64,000 nt of DNA, taken from assembly GCF_023055435.1 (NCBI RefSeq), contig NW_025963890.1:50778001-50842000 (forward strand). The letters are read 5' to 3'. Shown here in pieces: positions 23,638-37,254 of the stretch (its first letter is position 1; each line of letters opens with the position of its first letter). Below the pieces are notes generated by a model. The model searched no databases and was not told the DNA's origin. It was given only the letters and a program-made list of their open reading frames with translations. The position numbers were made by a program, and so were the translations under genes. Source of the DNA: Haliotis rufescens (Eukaryota).

Positions 23638-23813
23638 GGGGGCGGTCGGGTAGCCTAGTGGTTAAAGCGTTCGCTCGTCACGCCGAAGACCCGGGTTCGA
23701 TTCCCGACATGGGTACAATGTGTGAAGCCCATTTCTGGTGTCCCCTGCCGTGATATTGCTGGAATATTGCTAAAAGCGGCGTAAAACCATACTCACTCAC
23801 TCACTCACTCACT
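23638..23813 (+). mobile_element. tRNA-derived SINE (family S3, GTC-anticodon-like head)
   Basis: A box tagcctagtgg, B box ggttcgattcc, no acceptor-stem pairing, (ACTC)n tail; near-identical copies at 51960 and 61757. Confidence 0.9.
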
Positions 23814-24337
23814 AACAATCCCGGTGTTGTTGAGTTCGATGCGTATGTTATGCCCGGCATGAATTACTTGCAATGACTTTTGTGTTCGTATTTAGAGCAT
23901 GACGGCTACAAATACCTTACCCCGGTTTATGTGTTTACCATATTGTGCCCAAATATGGAAATGAAAAGATCTACTCTATTGTATACATGTAGAACACAGT
24001 TGTCACAGGGTTGTGTTTAAAAGGGTTTGACCAACGAACTAAATACAATCTGTGAAATGTTCTGAAAGGCAGTTTGTTCGTGCATTTTCGTGCATGAAAA
24101 CCGGTTTTCTTGTATATTAACCTGAATGAAGGTTGGGTAGGCGCGAGATAGCACTCCCGCTATAATAGGAGATCGCAATGTACAAAATATGTACTCCTAA
24201 TGGTTCAAGCGGTGGCTTGTCAAACGGAGAAACCCGGATCCCAACTGCTTGTTGTTTCTGTCCGCCGCCGTTTGAACACTGCTGAAACCGTCGGACAACC
24301 TTACTAACGCAATATTGTATGCTTTGTATGCCTGTGA

Positions 24338-25414
<1,077 letters not shown>

Positions 25415-25656
25415 GGACTGATGTTGCATACGATAGTATGTTAGCGAACATTTTTCGTCATTAATAAGACCACTATGAAGTATTGTTATTCTGATTGTTG
25501 TCCCAAATTGAAGATATGGAGGACGAACTGTTTTGTTTTTTGAAATGAGAAAGTAAATTGCATCAGGACTCCAGATAATGTTTTGAGACTTTGAATATTT
25601 ACTAAAATGTTGTTCATTCTCATTTGGTATTGACAGTTTTCTTTGGGTGTTCAATA

Positions 25657-27147
25657 TACACTGGCCAAAAAAAGAAACGCATAACAGAATAATCAGTGTT
25701 TCATTACATGTTTAATGAAATAGGATTACACAATAAATAATGAAGATACAACAACCAAATTTTACACAGGATGAGGCACATGTTTCTTACACTACAAACA
25801 GTCTTTTAATGTTTTGTGATGGCACTGTGCCAAAGTCAGTACCGGGTGTTACCACCACGAGCATCGATCACAGCTCTGCACCGCCTTGGCATGGACTGTA
25901 TGAGTGGAATCCTTCTTCACTCATCCATCAATGCATGGTTCAGCTGTTGAAGCGTCAGTGGTTGAGGCTGTCGGGTGTCGTACACGTCTGTCTAGCAGAT
26001 CCAACAAATGTTCAATGGTTTTTAGATCAGGCGATTTGGAGGGCCATGGCAGTACAGTAACATTGTTGTGGGCAAGATAATCCATGGTAACACGTGCAGT
26101 ATGCGGTCTTGCGTTGTCTTGCTGTATCTCTTCTGACGTCAATGGTGGGAATAAGGTGACGTTGAAGGATTTTATCACGGTAGCGTACAGCAGTTAAATT
26201 ACCCTGTACGTGCACCAGATCTGTCTACCATTCACGGATATGCTTGTCCACATCATGACACTTCCACCGCCGTATCGGCCGACTTCATGAATACAGTGTC
26301 GAGTGTAGCGTTCATATCTCCGTCTTTAGACACGCATCCTACCATCATGGCGATACAGCATGAACCGCGACTCATCACTGAACCATATCCTTCTCCAGTG
26401 CACTAGGGTCCATGGTCGAACATTTCTGCTCCATTGCAGACGTGCACGACGATGATGTTGCCGCAGAACGGGCTCTGTATATGGTCTCATAGGCCGTATC
26501 CCATGCTGTCTTAGACGATTTCTGATGGTTTGCGCTGAGACTACGAAGACCAGGAACATTGTTAGCTGTGTTTGCTGCACTGATTGTCCGGTTGCGAAGA
26601 TGCAACACCCGGATGAAGCGGTCCTGCGCCGCAGTTGTGACCCTGGGTCTTCCACTTCTCGGTCGATCTCTTGTAGAGTTGTTGAGTCTGTAGCGCTGCC
26701 ACAGACGAGAAATGGTACTCTGCCTCACGTTAAAGTGCCTGGCTACTGATGTCTGACTTCCTCCAGCTTCCAGACGTCCAATGGCTCTGTTTCTACAGTC
26801 TTCATTTAGTCTTGGCATCATGAGAGTCACGCATACAGAACATCGGAGAGTGATTCTCAGCAGGACTGCCAAATTTTTATACCCATCGGTATAAAGGTTA
26901 AGTAGCCATATTTGCACGTGCAGCATGCTTACAGCTTTTTCTCCATGCAATTCCTCCCAGTTAGGTTTCAAGATGCTGTATTTTGGCGACAAGTCACTAA
27001 ATGTTGTGTTCGGGTGCAATAAACTAGTGTAAGGTCAATATTCACAGTTAGCAATGGCATTTATATTGAGTTCACGCCTTCAACTTTAATAACAGTCAAG
27101 TTTGATAAACAGATTTCAGTTATGCGTTTCTTTTTTTGTCCAGTATA
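25657..27147 (-). mobile_element. Tc1-family transposon, degenerate
   Basis: TIRs cactggccaaaaaaagaaacgcataac / gttatgcgtttctttttttgtccagta, TA flanks; fragments MPRLNEDCRNRAIG, FSDESRF, QQDNARPH...PDLKTIEH in different frames. Confidence 0.93.
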
Positions 27148-27689
27148 TACTACTCCCTTGGGTCAATCCCACTGGTTATTTTTCAAAGGTACAAAAAGTT
27201 TTGTAACGGATGGTTGTTGTACATTATGCACTACAATATAGTTCGTGTGTGCCTTTATTCGATAAGTAAATATATTTGTGTTAGGAAATACAGTTAATTA
27301 AACTGAAACGGCTACATTGGACAATTATGGTCAATTGTGTTTTTGATTTTCATGCGTATTGGTACGCAAGCAACTCAATTTTTTTTGGTTAATGCTAATT
27401 TATGTATGCAAATAAAACTACTGAAGTTACATGTACATGAATAAAAAGCTTATTTAAGAGAATATATACTTATCAGGACTGAGTTCTAAAAATTGGTGCC
27501 ATCAGTTATTTATTCCAGACAAAGGGCCTTTTGTGTGTATTACTTTCAAATTTGATAAGACTTTATCATGAAATAAAGCCACCCTAGTGCCTATATCTCT
27601 TTACAGGACTCTTTTTTATAGTTAACAGTTACTTTCTTATTATTCACTACCTTATGAACAAAGAGAATTCTAATGTACACCATGCTAGG

Positions 27690-27935
27690 GTAGGTGGCAC
27701 GGGAGGTCCAGTCGTCTATGTGCAGAGTTGCGTCCCTTGGACACGCCAGATTCCTATAACCGTGGGTTCGAATCCCTGTTCGATCGATTACGTTTCTAGG
27801 TTTGTCAGAACCATACCCGAGTTGTAAACCTCTAAGCCTTGTATCATTTTGAGCTTTACTCCCACAATAAGCTGACACGCCGTGATATGACTGGAATATT
27901 GTTTCAAGCTGTGTTAAACCCACTCACTCACTCAT
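27690..27935 (+). mobile_element. S2 SINE, degenerate
   Basis: gtgcagagttgcgtcccttgg core, B box gggttcgaatccc, actcactcactc tail. Confidence 0.7.
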
Positions 27936-28918
27936 GGCTGGGTGATAACGCTGTTTTCTTGTTGACATCCGCATTGTGGCAAAGTAGGTACTTGGTTAGC
28001 TTAAGAAAACCAAACTTATCGTCATAAAATTTTTGGTCAGTTTAACAGTGATAGTCCCCCTGGCACAACGATAGCAATGATATGTGAGATGTAACGTGTC
28101 TAATATCATGAATACAGCATATCTCAGTCTCATCAGTCCGGAATTGATACTTTACGGTATTCACACCAGAAGATGATGAAAAATGTATCCTTATTTCACA
28201 AAGCATCATTTAAGAAGTACTGATGAAGTTTCTCAGATGTGAGTGATCTATGAAAGAAACCCAAAATATGTTGTACTTTACAACCAGATCTACGTTGTAT
28301 TTTTATTTTTTTTTTTTTATTTCATTTTATTTCACCTTTTCCCCGTTACATGAGGAGGATGGCCATCCAGGGCAATGGTCACCCTCACATTCTGAAGACA
28401 ATGTATGTATACATTTGGGGAAAATTAAATACAAGTATTGGAAATGGTGCCAAGGTGATTTTTAAGAAATATAACAAAACATACACACAGTCAAGCATTC
28501 AGATCTACGTTTTAGGAGATTCGGGGTTTTGCATTACCATCTGACCATCTGAGTCTTTCGCTGCTGGGTGAACACGAGTGGTTCAGTGTTGGGCATGACC
28601 GAAGCCTGAGCATCATTCTGGAGTCAAACCAGTATCAGAAACATAATAATGAAATTGATTGCGTTTTAAGTGAAAAGCGAAAATCCACAACAATCTCAAC
28701 GTTAATCTATCAAATGAGGAATCAATTATCACCCATATTACATGAGTCTATTCAGTCAGCACGAAGTGAGCTCCCCTGTTGATGTTGCATGGTATTACGT
28801 ACACACTCATCCCCGTCGATCAATGACATTTTACCCAGCATTCTCCAAGCCAGGAAATGCAGAGAGTTTGTAAGGGATTTTTCAGAATGATTACTCAAAA
28901 ATATTTCGTAATTGTTGG

Positions 28919-30497
28919 AAATTTATTCGAAAAAATAATTTGGTGTGATTGTTAAAAATGATTCAATATCGTACCCTTAAAATGTTTCTTGATGACACAC
29001 ACTTGATAATAACAAAATATATGCCGAACAAGCAGCTTTGAGGCACCGATATGCAACAACGGATAACTTGTTCCCACTAACTGCTTGCATTCATACATAC
29101 TTAAGTACACGGTAAGGTAGACGATTCCTATTGCCTTTGTGCCTCACGTGACTTCGTGACACCACATTCACGTATCATGTACCTGGCTGCGGCAGGCAAA
29201 CTCTTACCGTATTTAACCCATAATCAATTAATCTAAACTGCGGCATGGTATCTCAGTGAGCTAGCACTATAAATCGGCATCAGTCCGGACTAGTACAAGA
29301 AGCCACACAAACACACACACGTACATACACGTCGCTATATAAATGCAATAATCTTGGACGCGACGTTAAACCCCATTTCACCTCACCTCACCTCTATTTG
29401 TAAGCGTTTGTGGGAAATGGTGATCAAGATTTTAAGTGTGAAATAACGAGCAACACGGATTCTCATTCTCATTGCGAACAAGTTTCTGAATGATTAACTA
29501 AGGCTTTTCATGAAAATGGTACTTTAAATTCCGTCAAGCCTATTTTCCTCGTATCCGAATATAAAGATCATGTGAACTTATTGTTCAGTGTAACTGTGTA
29601 TGTGTTGACAAAATCTTTAACCAACATGTAAGATCCCCTAGGTATAGGCAGTACGGGTTTGGAATAACATCCGCTAACTGTCCCTCACTTGGGTCACGTC
29701 CGTTTGCATTAAATTTATTCGAAAAATAATTTGGTGTGATTGTTAAAAATGATTCAATATCGTACCCTTAAAATGTTTTTTGATGACACACACTTGATAA
29801 TAACAATATATGCCGAACAAGCAGCTTTGAGGCACCGATATGCAACATCGGATAACTTGTTCCCACTAACTGCTTGTATTGAAACATATTTAAGTTCACG
29901 GTAAGGTAGACGATTCCTATTGCCTTTGTGCCTCACGTGACTTCGTGACACCATATTCACGTATCATGTACTGGCTGCGGCAGGCAAACTCTTACCGTAT
30001 TTAACCCATAATAAATTAATTTAAACTGCGGCATGGTATCTCAGTGAGCTAACACTATAAATCGGCATCAGTCCGGACTAGCACAAGAAGCCACACAAAC
30101 ACACACACTTACATGCACGTCGCTATATAAATGCAATAATCTTGGACGCGACGTTAAACCCCATTTCACCTCACCTCACCTCTATTTGTAAGCGTTTGTG
30201 GGAAATGGTGATCAAGATTTTAAGTGTGAAATAACGAGCAACACGGATTCTCATTCTCATTGCGAACAAGTTTCTAAATGATTAACTAAGGTTTTTCATG
30301 AAAATGGTACTTTAAATTCCGTCAAGCCTATTTTCCTAGTATCCAAATATAAAGATCATGTGAACTTATTGTTCAGTGTAACTGTGTATGTGTTGACAAA
30401 ATCTTTAACCAACATGTAAGATCCGCCAGGTATAGGCAGTACCGGTTTGGAATAACATCCGCTCACTGTCCCCCACTTGGGTCACGTCCGTTTGCAT
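28919..30497 (+). repeat. Direct tandem duplication of ~790 bp (28919-29710 / 29711-30497), each with the 3' half of an S4 SINE
   Basis: Units start aaatttattcgaaaaa and end gggtcacgtccgtttgcat; scattered point differences. Confidence 0.92.
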
Positions 30498-30512
30498 GGC
30501 TAAGCATTCACT

Positions 30513-31090
30513 TGAGCAGAATGTAATCCATCTTCCCGAGGCAAGGGAGTTAACTGACAATAAAGTCCAGTTTCCACCCTTGACGAACTAGGCTGGTATT
30601 ACGGAGTTACATTTTGGCTGGACTAACGAGTCTATGCATAGTCCAATCAAAATCCGCGCACCGAAATCGAAATCTGGTTCGTAAACTATCGTGCAGATTT
30701 CGGTCGATTGCAGGATTTGCAAAGCATGTGCACCGCCAACTCGTTGTCAACAGATATTTTCTAATTTTCTGTTCATGTCTTTATACAAGGTGCTCACGTG
30801 ATTTTATGCACTTCGCGATGTAAGACTCGTTTTATCACAATATAGAGCTTGATTATCGATCAGATCGTCTTGACTGGGCGCCGCCATTTTGTTTGAAGCA
30901 AATGTAAGTGATACGAGAGGTGGAATCTGATTGGTCCTTAGGAGAGGCATAGAAGGGACATAACTCGTAATAGCCACAGGTGACGCGACGATTGAGCCGA
31001 GGAATACCTGCATAGTTCGGCAAGGGTTGAAACTGACTTTTAAAGTCATTTAACTCTCTTGCATCGGGAAGATGAATGTAATCTCGTTAC
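30513..31090. mobile_element. MITE-like non-autonomous DNA element
   Basis: Inverted repeats catcttcccgaggcaagggagttaactgac (near 30530) and gtcatttaactctcttgcatcgggaagatg (near 31045). Confidence 0.7.
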
Positions 31091-31611
31091 AGTTTCCTGT
31101 TTATCTGGAGTACTAAATCGTCATAAGAACCAGTCGATTGATACTCACCTTGGTTAATAAAGTATATTTTTACCTGACCCCATAGGGTAAGAGGCACACA
31201 ACCTCTCGTTATATTCGAGATAGACTATAACAGCACAAATAGTATGGCTGATTTATAGAGAGTGTTTCACGTAAAGAAATATTATACCATAGGCCTGATA
31301 CTACAGGAGTAACCTTGACCAAACTGCTGGTCTAGATTGCTGACGAGATTATTCTTTAAGATCTTTTTAAACAAATATTTAACACCTTCAAAATATTTCT
31401 TTCTGAAATGTACATGTCTTGTATAGTTTAGAACCGAATATAAAAGCCAGTTAACAGCATGGAGTAACGAAGATATTTTACAATTATAAAAGGATATATA
31501 CCTCGTTAATATTTTAAAGGTAACTATGTATTCTTACTTGATGTTTAGAACAAAGTATTTTAAAACTGACAGGTCCAAATGTTATCCTAAAGTATCATTG
31601 CCTTCTAAGGT

Positions 31612-31950
31612 GGTGAGGTGAAATAGGGTTTAACGTCGCGACCAAGATTATTGCACTTACACAGCGCCGTGCATGGACGTGTGTATGTGTAGCTGCGTGT
31701 ACTAGTCCGGATTGATGCCGATTTACAGTGCTAGCCCACTGAGATACCATGCCGCAGTTTAACATGAATACCCCACTCAGACACAGTATTCTGACTCCGA
31801 GCCGACCAGTCCTTGTTTTAGTCCCGCAATACCGAGCGCCATACAGGGTAACATCAAGTACCATCTATAAATGTCTTTTGGTATGACGCGGTCGGGCATC
31901 GAACCCCTGACCCAGGCAGACGATCTACCACTAGACACCACGGAGGCGGT
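31612..31950 (-). mobile_element. tRNA-derived SINE (family S4, (CACCT)n tail)
   Basis: Reverse complement of the copy at 62884; accgcctccgtgg head, ggttcgatgcccgaccgcgtcatacc. Confidence 0.85.
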
Positions 31951-31989
31951 AATTTCCTTGTAATATGTATTCAATTTGTTTATTATGTA

Positions 31990-32540
31990 TTTTTCTTCTT
32001 CTTCTTCTTCAAATGTAGCAAAGAGGGTTCTGGTGATCCTGGCACAGTCAGGCTGGTTAGGCTCATCATCAGCTCGGGGTCCTTGCCCCCTTTTTACGCA
32101 GCCCAGACAGCGAATGGGACTTCTCCCAGGAAGCGCTGCCTGGTCGAACCCATCGAGAATTTCTCGGAGAACGTGAAGACTCCCCAACACTGCAGCCTTC
32201 TGCATTACCAAGACTGTAAGAAGGGCAGGGAGCAAACCCGGATACTCTCCCAATGTCAGTCAACAGATTTGGAGGTACTAAACCTCCGGTCAACTTGGTC
32301 CTTTGGATGCAATCTTGACATTTCGAAAGCGAGGTCTGCATAATTGCCATTCACATTTGTGTCAAAAGAGACAGAAAATTCAATGATATAAATGATTTCA
32401 TTGGATTTATCAAAAAGGACAAGATCAGGTGTGTTTGCCTGGATAGGTCTGAGGTTGTATACGGGCCTATTCCAAAGAATTTTATATTTATCATTTTCCA
32501 TGACGCAATCTACATATACTGGGTGGTACCATGGATGGAC
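31990..32540 (-). mobile_element. 3' fragment of a restriction-like-endonuclease non-LTR retrotransposon (R4/Dong-like)
   Basis: WYHP..ENDKYKILWN...PDLVLFDK...IIEFSV endonuclease-type motif, C-terminal MQKAAVLGSLHVLREIL, (GAA)n tail; second shorter copy at 32857-33060. Confidence 0.75.
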
Positions 32541-33739
32541 CTGTGTCAAAACAACAAGCACGGCGAAGACGGTAATAAAAGGCTCGAACGCACTGCTTAC
32601 TCCAACATGACACCGACATGGTACCACCAAATACCCGGTCACCCACAAACAACTTCCACAATTTACATCACAAGGCATCCGGTATTAACAAATACCGTTC
32701 CAATATGCGGCTGCTTCACAATGGAACTCTCTTCCACTCAAATCCAGAAATCCTACTCTCTCATCTTTAAAAGTCAAGACTAAAGACACGCCTCTTGGAA
32801 CGTTACGAAAGTCAAATAGCATTATTGTTATTATTATATACAGGTTAAAATAAAGAAATGCAGCAAAGAGGGTTTGGTGATCCTAGCACAGTCAGGTTGA
32901 GTAGGCTCATCATCAGCTCAGGGTCCTTGCCCCCTCTACACGCTGCCCAGACAGTAAATTGGACTTCTAGTCAAACCCGCCCAGAACTTTTCGGAGAATA
33001 TGAAGACGCCCCCAACACTGCAGCCTTCTGTATTACCCATATTGTCAGAAGGGCTTATTCACGGCAGCGGTGTTAACAGATTGTATGGTTATTGGGAGGG
33101 TGAAGTTGACTGAAACACAGAGAAACATTTTTGATGTTGGTATAAATGTACGTCCTGTCATCACATGCTCTTATAGAGGTTGTATCTTGGAAATGTTCCA
33201 TCACAACTACGACAGGTAAAACACACAAGTAGTTATTTGTATATTACATGTGTGGCGAACTTGATACAAGAAATCCTTTTCAAGTTTTTTCATGAAGCTG
33301 TTTCCCGAGATCTTCTAAAATCCTTAGGAAACACTAAACATGTAATGTGTGACCCCATTTCTTGTGCTATAGCCTTCGATCGATTAAGAAAGGCGAGCGC
33401 CAACACGCCGATCAAACGGCAGTTGTTACCTTGCCAGCGGACAGGTTTGTTTGCTCAGGTAACCTAGTCAGCGCATGGTTTGAGGAGGCAAACTCCAGGA
33501 GGCATTACTGATTTTGGATCAATTCACTCCCACGGTGTCATGTTATTGTTGTAAGTAAGCGATAGCTAGTTGCGATTTTTTAGCTAGTTAATCACTCCTG
33601 TGACCAGGTTTGATTGTACGAAGTTCGAACAAGTACAGACGCATCGCCAGAGAGTAAAGTAAAAATATCTGACTGTGCACCACGAAACCCCGTTACTCAA
33701 CACCACTAATATGTTGACGATCTGTTGTATGTATATATG

Positions 33740-33780
33740 CCATATGAGGGAATATTTTGACCATACTGAGGTATATTAAT
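33740..33780 (+). promoter_or_regulatory. Decayed actin promoter (CCATATGAGG plus gtatattaa) of pseudogene F
   Basis: 33705-33787 resembles 54910-54995; separated from the exon-1 remnant by ~660 bp of inserted DNA. Confidence 0.55.
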
Positions 33781-33964
33781 CGACCAGTGAAGTCAAATTC
33801 AAAGATATTTATTGCGTTTTAAGTCGTCATGGGAGCTGCATGTACATGTAAGTACAAATCTTTACTTATTCGGATAAATCATAATTTTTAAGGTTTTGGA
33901 TAACTAGACAGATAGCGTTCAGGTAAAAGGCCCTTTTTCTTAAATCACAATGATAAGGAGTTGG

Positions 33965-34180
33965 TGAGTGGGTGAGGGGGTGAGAGTGAATTATGTTTAA
34001 CGCCGCGTTTAACAGTATTCCAGATATATCACTGCGTGTCAGTTTAATGAGGGAGGAAAACCCGAAGTGGTGAATGCCTCAGACGTTTATCACTTTGTTG
34101 AAACATAATCGGGGCGAACCGGGATTCGAACCCACAATCATAGGTTTCTGGAGTGTCCAAGGGACACAACTCTGCACAGA
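33965..34180 (-). mobile_element. S2 SINE, 5'-truncated
   Basis: aaacataatcggggcgaaccgggattcgaacccacaatcataggtttctgg identical to the 10044-10300 copy. Confidence 0.8.
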
Positions 34181-34508
34181 GAATAAGGACGTGCAAAAGT
34201 GAAGTGGATTTCACAGCTAAATGACAATATGGGATTACCACTTCGATGTTTCAGTGGATCCAATTTAACAGACCAAGCTTAAATTGTATAAGGAGACGTC
34301 TGAAGTATTTTTTATGTCAATATATATGAGTATTTTCTGTTTGAATAAGGCTCTAAGATAACATGGACGACATCATCAAGAGCCCCTCTGTGTTAAAATC
34401 CAGCTTACTCAGAAGCATTCGATTACAAGATAACATCCTTTCCTTCAGCAAGTTCAAGACCGGTACAATCAACTTTACAGCCCAAAGTAGTGAAACAAGT
34501 CACAGTCA

Positions 34509-34615
34509 TATGGTATGATGAAGATGTTGGCTGCCGCCTGTGTGAGGCCGGGATCGCCGGTGATGACGCCCCTAAAGTTGACGTTTCCTCCATCGCCGGC
34601 CACTCAACACAAAAG
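34509..34615 (+). pseudogene. act: Actin F pseudogene, exon 1 remnant
   Basis: DEDVG..LCEAGIAGDDAPKVDVSSIAGHSTQK|GTAAT; the VIDNGSG P-loop is deleted. Confidence 0.85.
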
Positions 34616-34953
34616 GTAATACTTATGCTTTCATGTGTGGGAAGTTTCTTGGACACCGTCATCACTGTTTAATGGTGTAATGTGGAAACAGGAAAATCCC
34701 ATTGATACGGATGGTGGGGTTCCAAGTGAAATCCTCCGGTATCATGAAAACACCACTTTTGCATGTCAGTTCAAGTGTAATGATATATACGATTGAAAAC
34801 GTTAACGCCAGACAATAATCAGTCTTGATTATCTGCTCGATTAACACATTTAAATCTGCGCAAAAGGCAAAATAGTGACGGAAATGATATAAATTGATCA
34901 CTGAAAATCAGTGATGAAAAAGTGTCCTGATCTGCTGGTTGCACCCACCACTC

Positions 34954-35415
34954 ACAATTTCATAAAAGTCCTGCTGTGTCATGTACAGAGACAATGACCA
35001 AGTTTCACACAAATGACAACGTCAAGACCTACAATTTCATAAACGTCCTGTTGTGTCATGTACAGAGACAGTGACCAAGTTTCACACAAATGACAACGTC
35101 AAGACCTACAATTTCATAAAAGTCCTGCTGTGTCATGTACAGAGACAATGACCAAGTTCCACACAAATGACAACGTCAAGACCTACAATTTCATAAACGT
35201 CCTGTTGTGTCATGTACAGAGACAGTGACCAAGTTTCACACAAATGACAACGTCAAGACCTACAATTTCATAAACGTCCTGTTGTGTCATGTACAGAGAC
35301 AATGACCAAGTTTCACACAAATGACAACGTCAAGACCTACAATTTCATAAACGTCCTGCTGTGTCATGTACAGAGACAATGACCAAGTTTCACACAAATG
35401 ACAACGTCAAGACCT
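34954..35415. repeat. 77-bp minisatellite, 6 copies
   Basis: acaatttcat recurs at 34954, 35031, 35108, 35185, 35262, 35339; single copy in the paralogous intron near 46290-46370. Confidence 0.95.
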
Positions 35416-36001
35416 AGAATGGAAAAGGGCTGCAGACCTTGGAGTATCTCTTTAAGACACACATGAACTTAATCCCGTACATGCATATATATATAAAGTA
35501 GAGATCTAAGCTTCGTGTTTGATCGTGCACCAATCCATGTACAACTAGTGTACTCCAACAGCTCGTCTGACGAGTCGGGGAGGTCGGGTTTCTCAGCGTC
35601 AATTGTAAGTTTCTATTTTTCGGGGCATGACGCTCTGTTTTTATGGATAGTTTTTGAATCCATACGAATCAACCTGCACAATATACACATATTTTCTACT
35701 AACAATCCTGACAAAGAGGGTATGCGTCATGCTACGTACTCATTGAAGTACTTTCAGCAACATTTGTGTTTGTATTGTGAACATATTGCCTACGAAATGC
35801 CTTATCACGTTCAAATATGGATATGAAATGTTCAACTCTTTTGTGTAAATACTAGATACACAAGTCGGTTAATCCTCTCCATTCTTCCATTCCTCTTCCA
35901 TCTCTTCCATTCAAGAAATGATAGTACAGGTGACATCTGATTTGAAGGTGTTTATTCTGTAGATTGAGGTTCACATGAAGGGTACAGGGCTGAAAGACAT
36001 A

Positions 36002-37137
36002 TACTCACACGCTAAAGAAACGCAAGTGGTTTTAAGCAAATAGGTAACAAACACGGAACCATAAATTGATACGAGTTTTAGCATGTAGTGAAGCCTGATG
36101 GTGTTATCAATATTTTTGCATGCATTTTGGAAGCCCCGAGTAAAAACGCAACATAAAAAACGAATCGTCAAAACGCACCATTTCAATGAATATGTGGGTA
36201 TTCATGCACCAATTTCTCGCGAAACCGAAAATGCACGAACTGTCACGAACTGTAGTGGGTATAAAACTGTGGCCGATTCTTGGACCTACCACCCCTTGGT
36301 CAACAATGCCACGCCTAACTCAAATTCAGAGAAACCAGGCTATCGGACGTTTGGAAGCTGGAGAGTCTGTCCAAGATGTTGCCCGTCATTTCAACGTTAA
36401 CATAACCACAATTTACCGTATCCTGCATCGGTACAATGCTACACAGACGACAGATGACCTTCCTCGGAGCGTGGGTCATGATATGGGCAGGGATTGGACT
36501 TGGACCCATGTGCTTTCTGAATATTGGTCAAGGTCGGGGACACGTCGTCACTGCTCATCGGTATATCGACTAAGTGATCAGACCCCACGTTGTTCCATTT
36601 TTTGCACAACATCAACAACACATTTTCCAGCAGGACAACGCTCGTCCCCATGTTGCCAGAGCTACCATAGCCTTTCTGCAACAACACAACATCCGTGTTC
36701 TACCGTGGTCAGCCCTCAGCCCTGATCTGAACCCCATCGAACACTTGTGGGATGAGGTTCAAAGGCGTCTGCACAATGTGCGCCCAATCCCTACAACTGC
36801 CGATGAACTACGCACAGCTGCTCTGGACGTGTGCAGGAGGATCACTAGGGCCTTCACAAATCGCCTGATCCACTCAATGTACAGGAGATGTGTGGCAGCG
36901 ATCAATGCTAATGGTGGTCACACCTGGTATTGACTGACATTTTGGGCATTGACCCGAAACTGTGTAAGCTCTTAACATTTGAAAAAACCCAATTATGTCA
37001 TCTGCCTTTTAATCCATTAAACTGTGTTCAGTCAAATGTTTGTCAATCTTGCCCTATTAGTATTTCTTGTTTTTACTGTTGAAAATAAATAACATGTATA
37101 CTGCATACTCGACTTGCGTTTCTTTTGCGTGTGACTA
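36002..37137 (+). mobile_element. Tc1-family transposon, internally deleted
   Basis: TIRs tactcacacgctaaagaaacgcaagt / acttgcgtttcttttgcgtgtgacta, TA flanks; MPRLTQIQRNQAIG N-terminus and QQDNARPH...PDLNPIEHLW C-terminus, first catalytic D region missing. Confidence 0.92.
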
Positions 37138-37254
37138 TATTAACATAAATGGTTACTTAACCTGATCGCTACCGAACAATAGGTGTCATCATTTTTCGGG
37201 ATAATTGCGGTAGTTTTCTTTACAACGAAAATAACAACTTTTAGCCCGTTATGT

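Noticed and set aside
23638-23715. tRNA-Asp gene (also 51960, 61880) and tRNA-like head at 62884
   Set aside because: Acceptor stem does not pair; heads are fused to SINE bodies with microsatellite tails and, in several copies, TSDs.
26375-27019. 214-aa ORF as an independent gene
   Set aside because: It is the Tc1 transposase N-terminus (MPRLNEDC...) plus upstream read-through and a frameshifted tail.
28200-28262. Hammerhead ribozyme (ctgatga...gaaac)
   Set aside because: No convincing stems, and spacing differs in the paralog near 60000.
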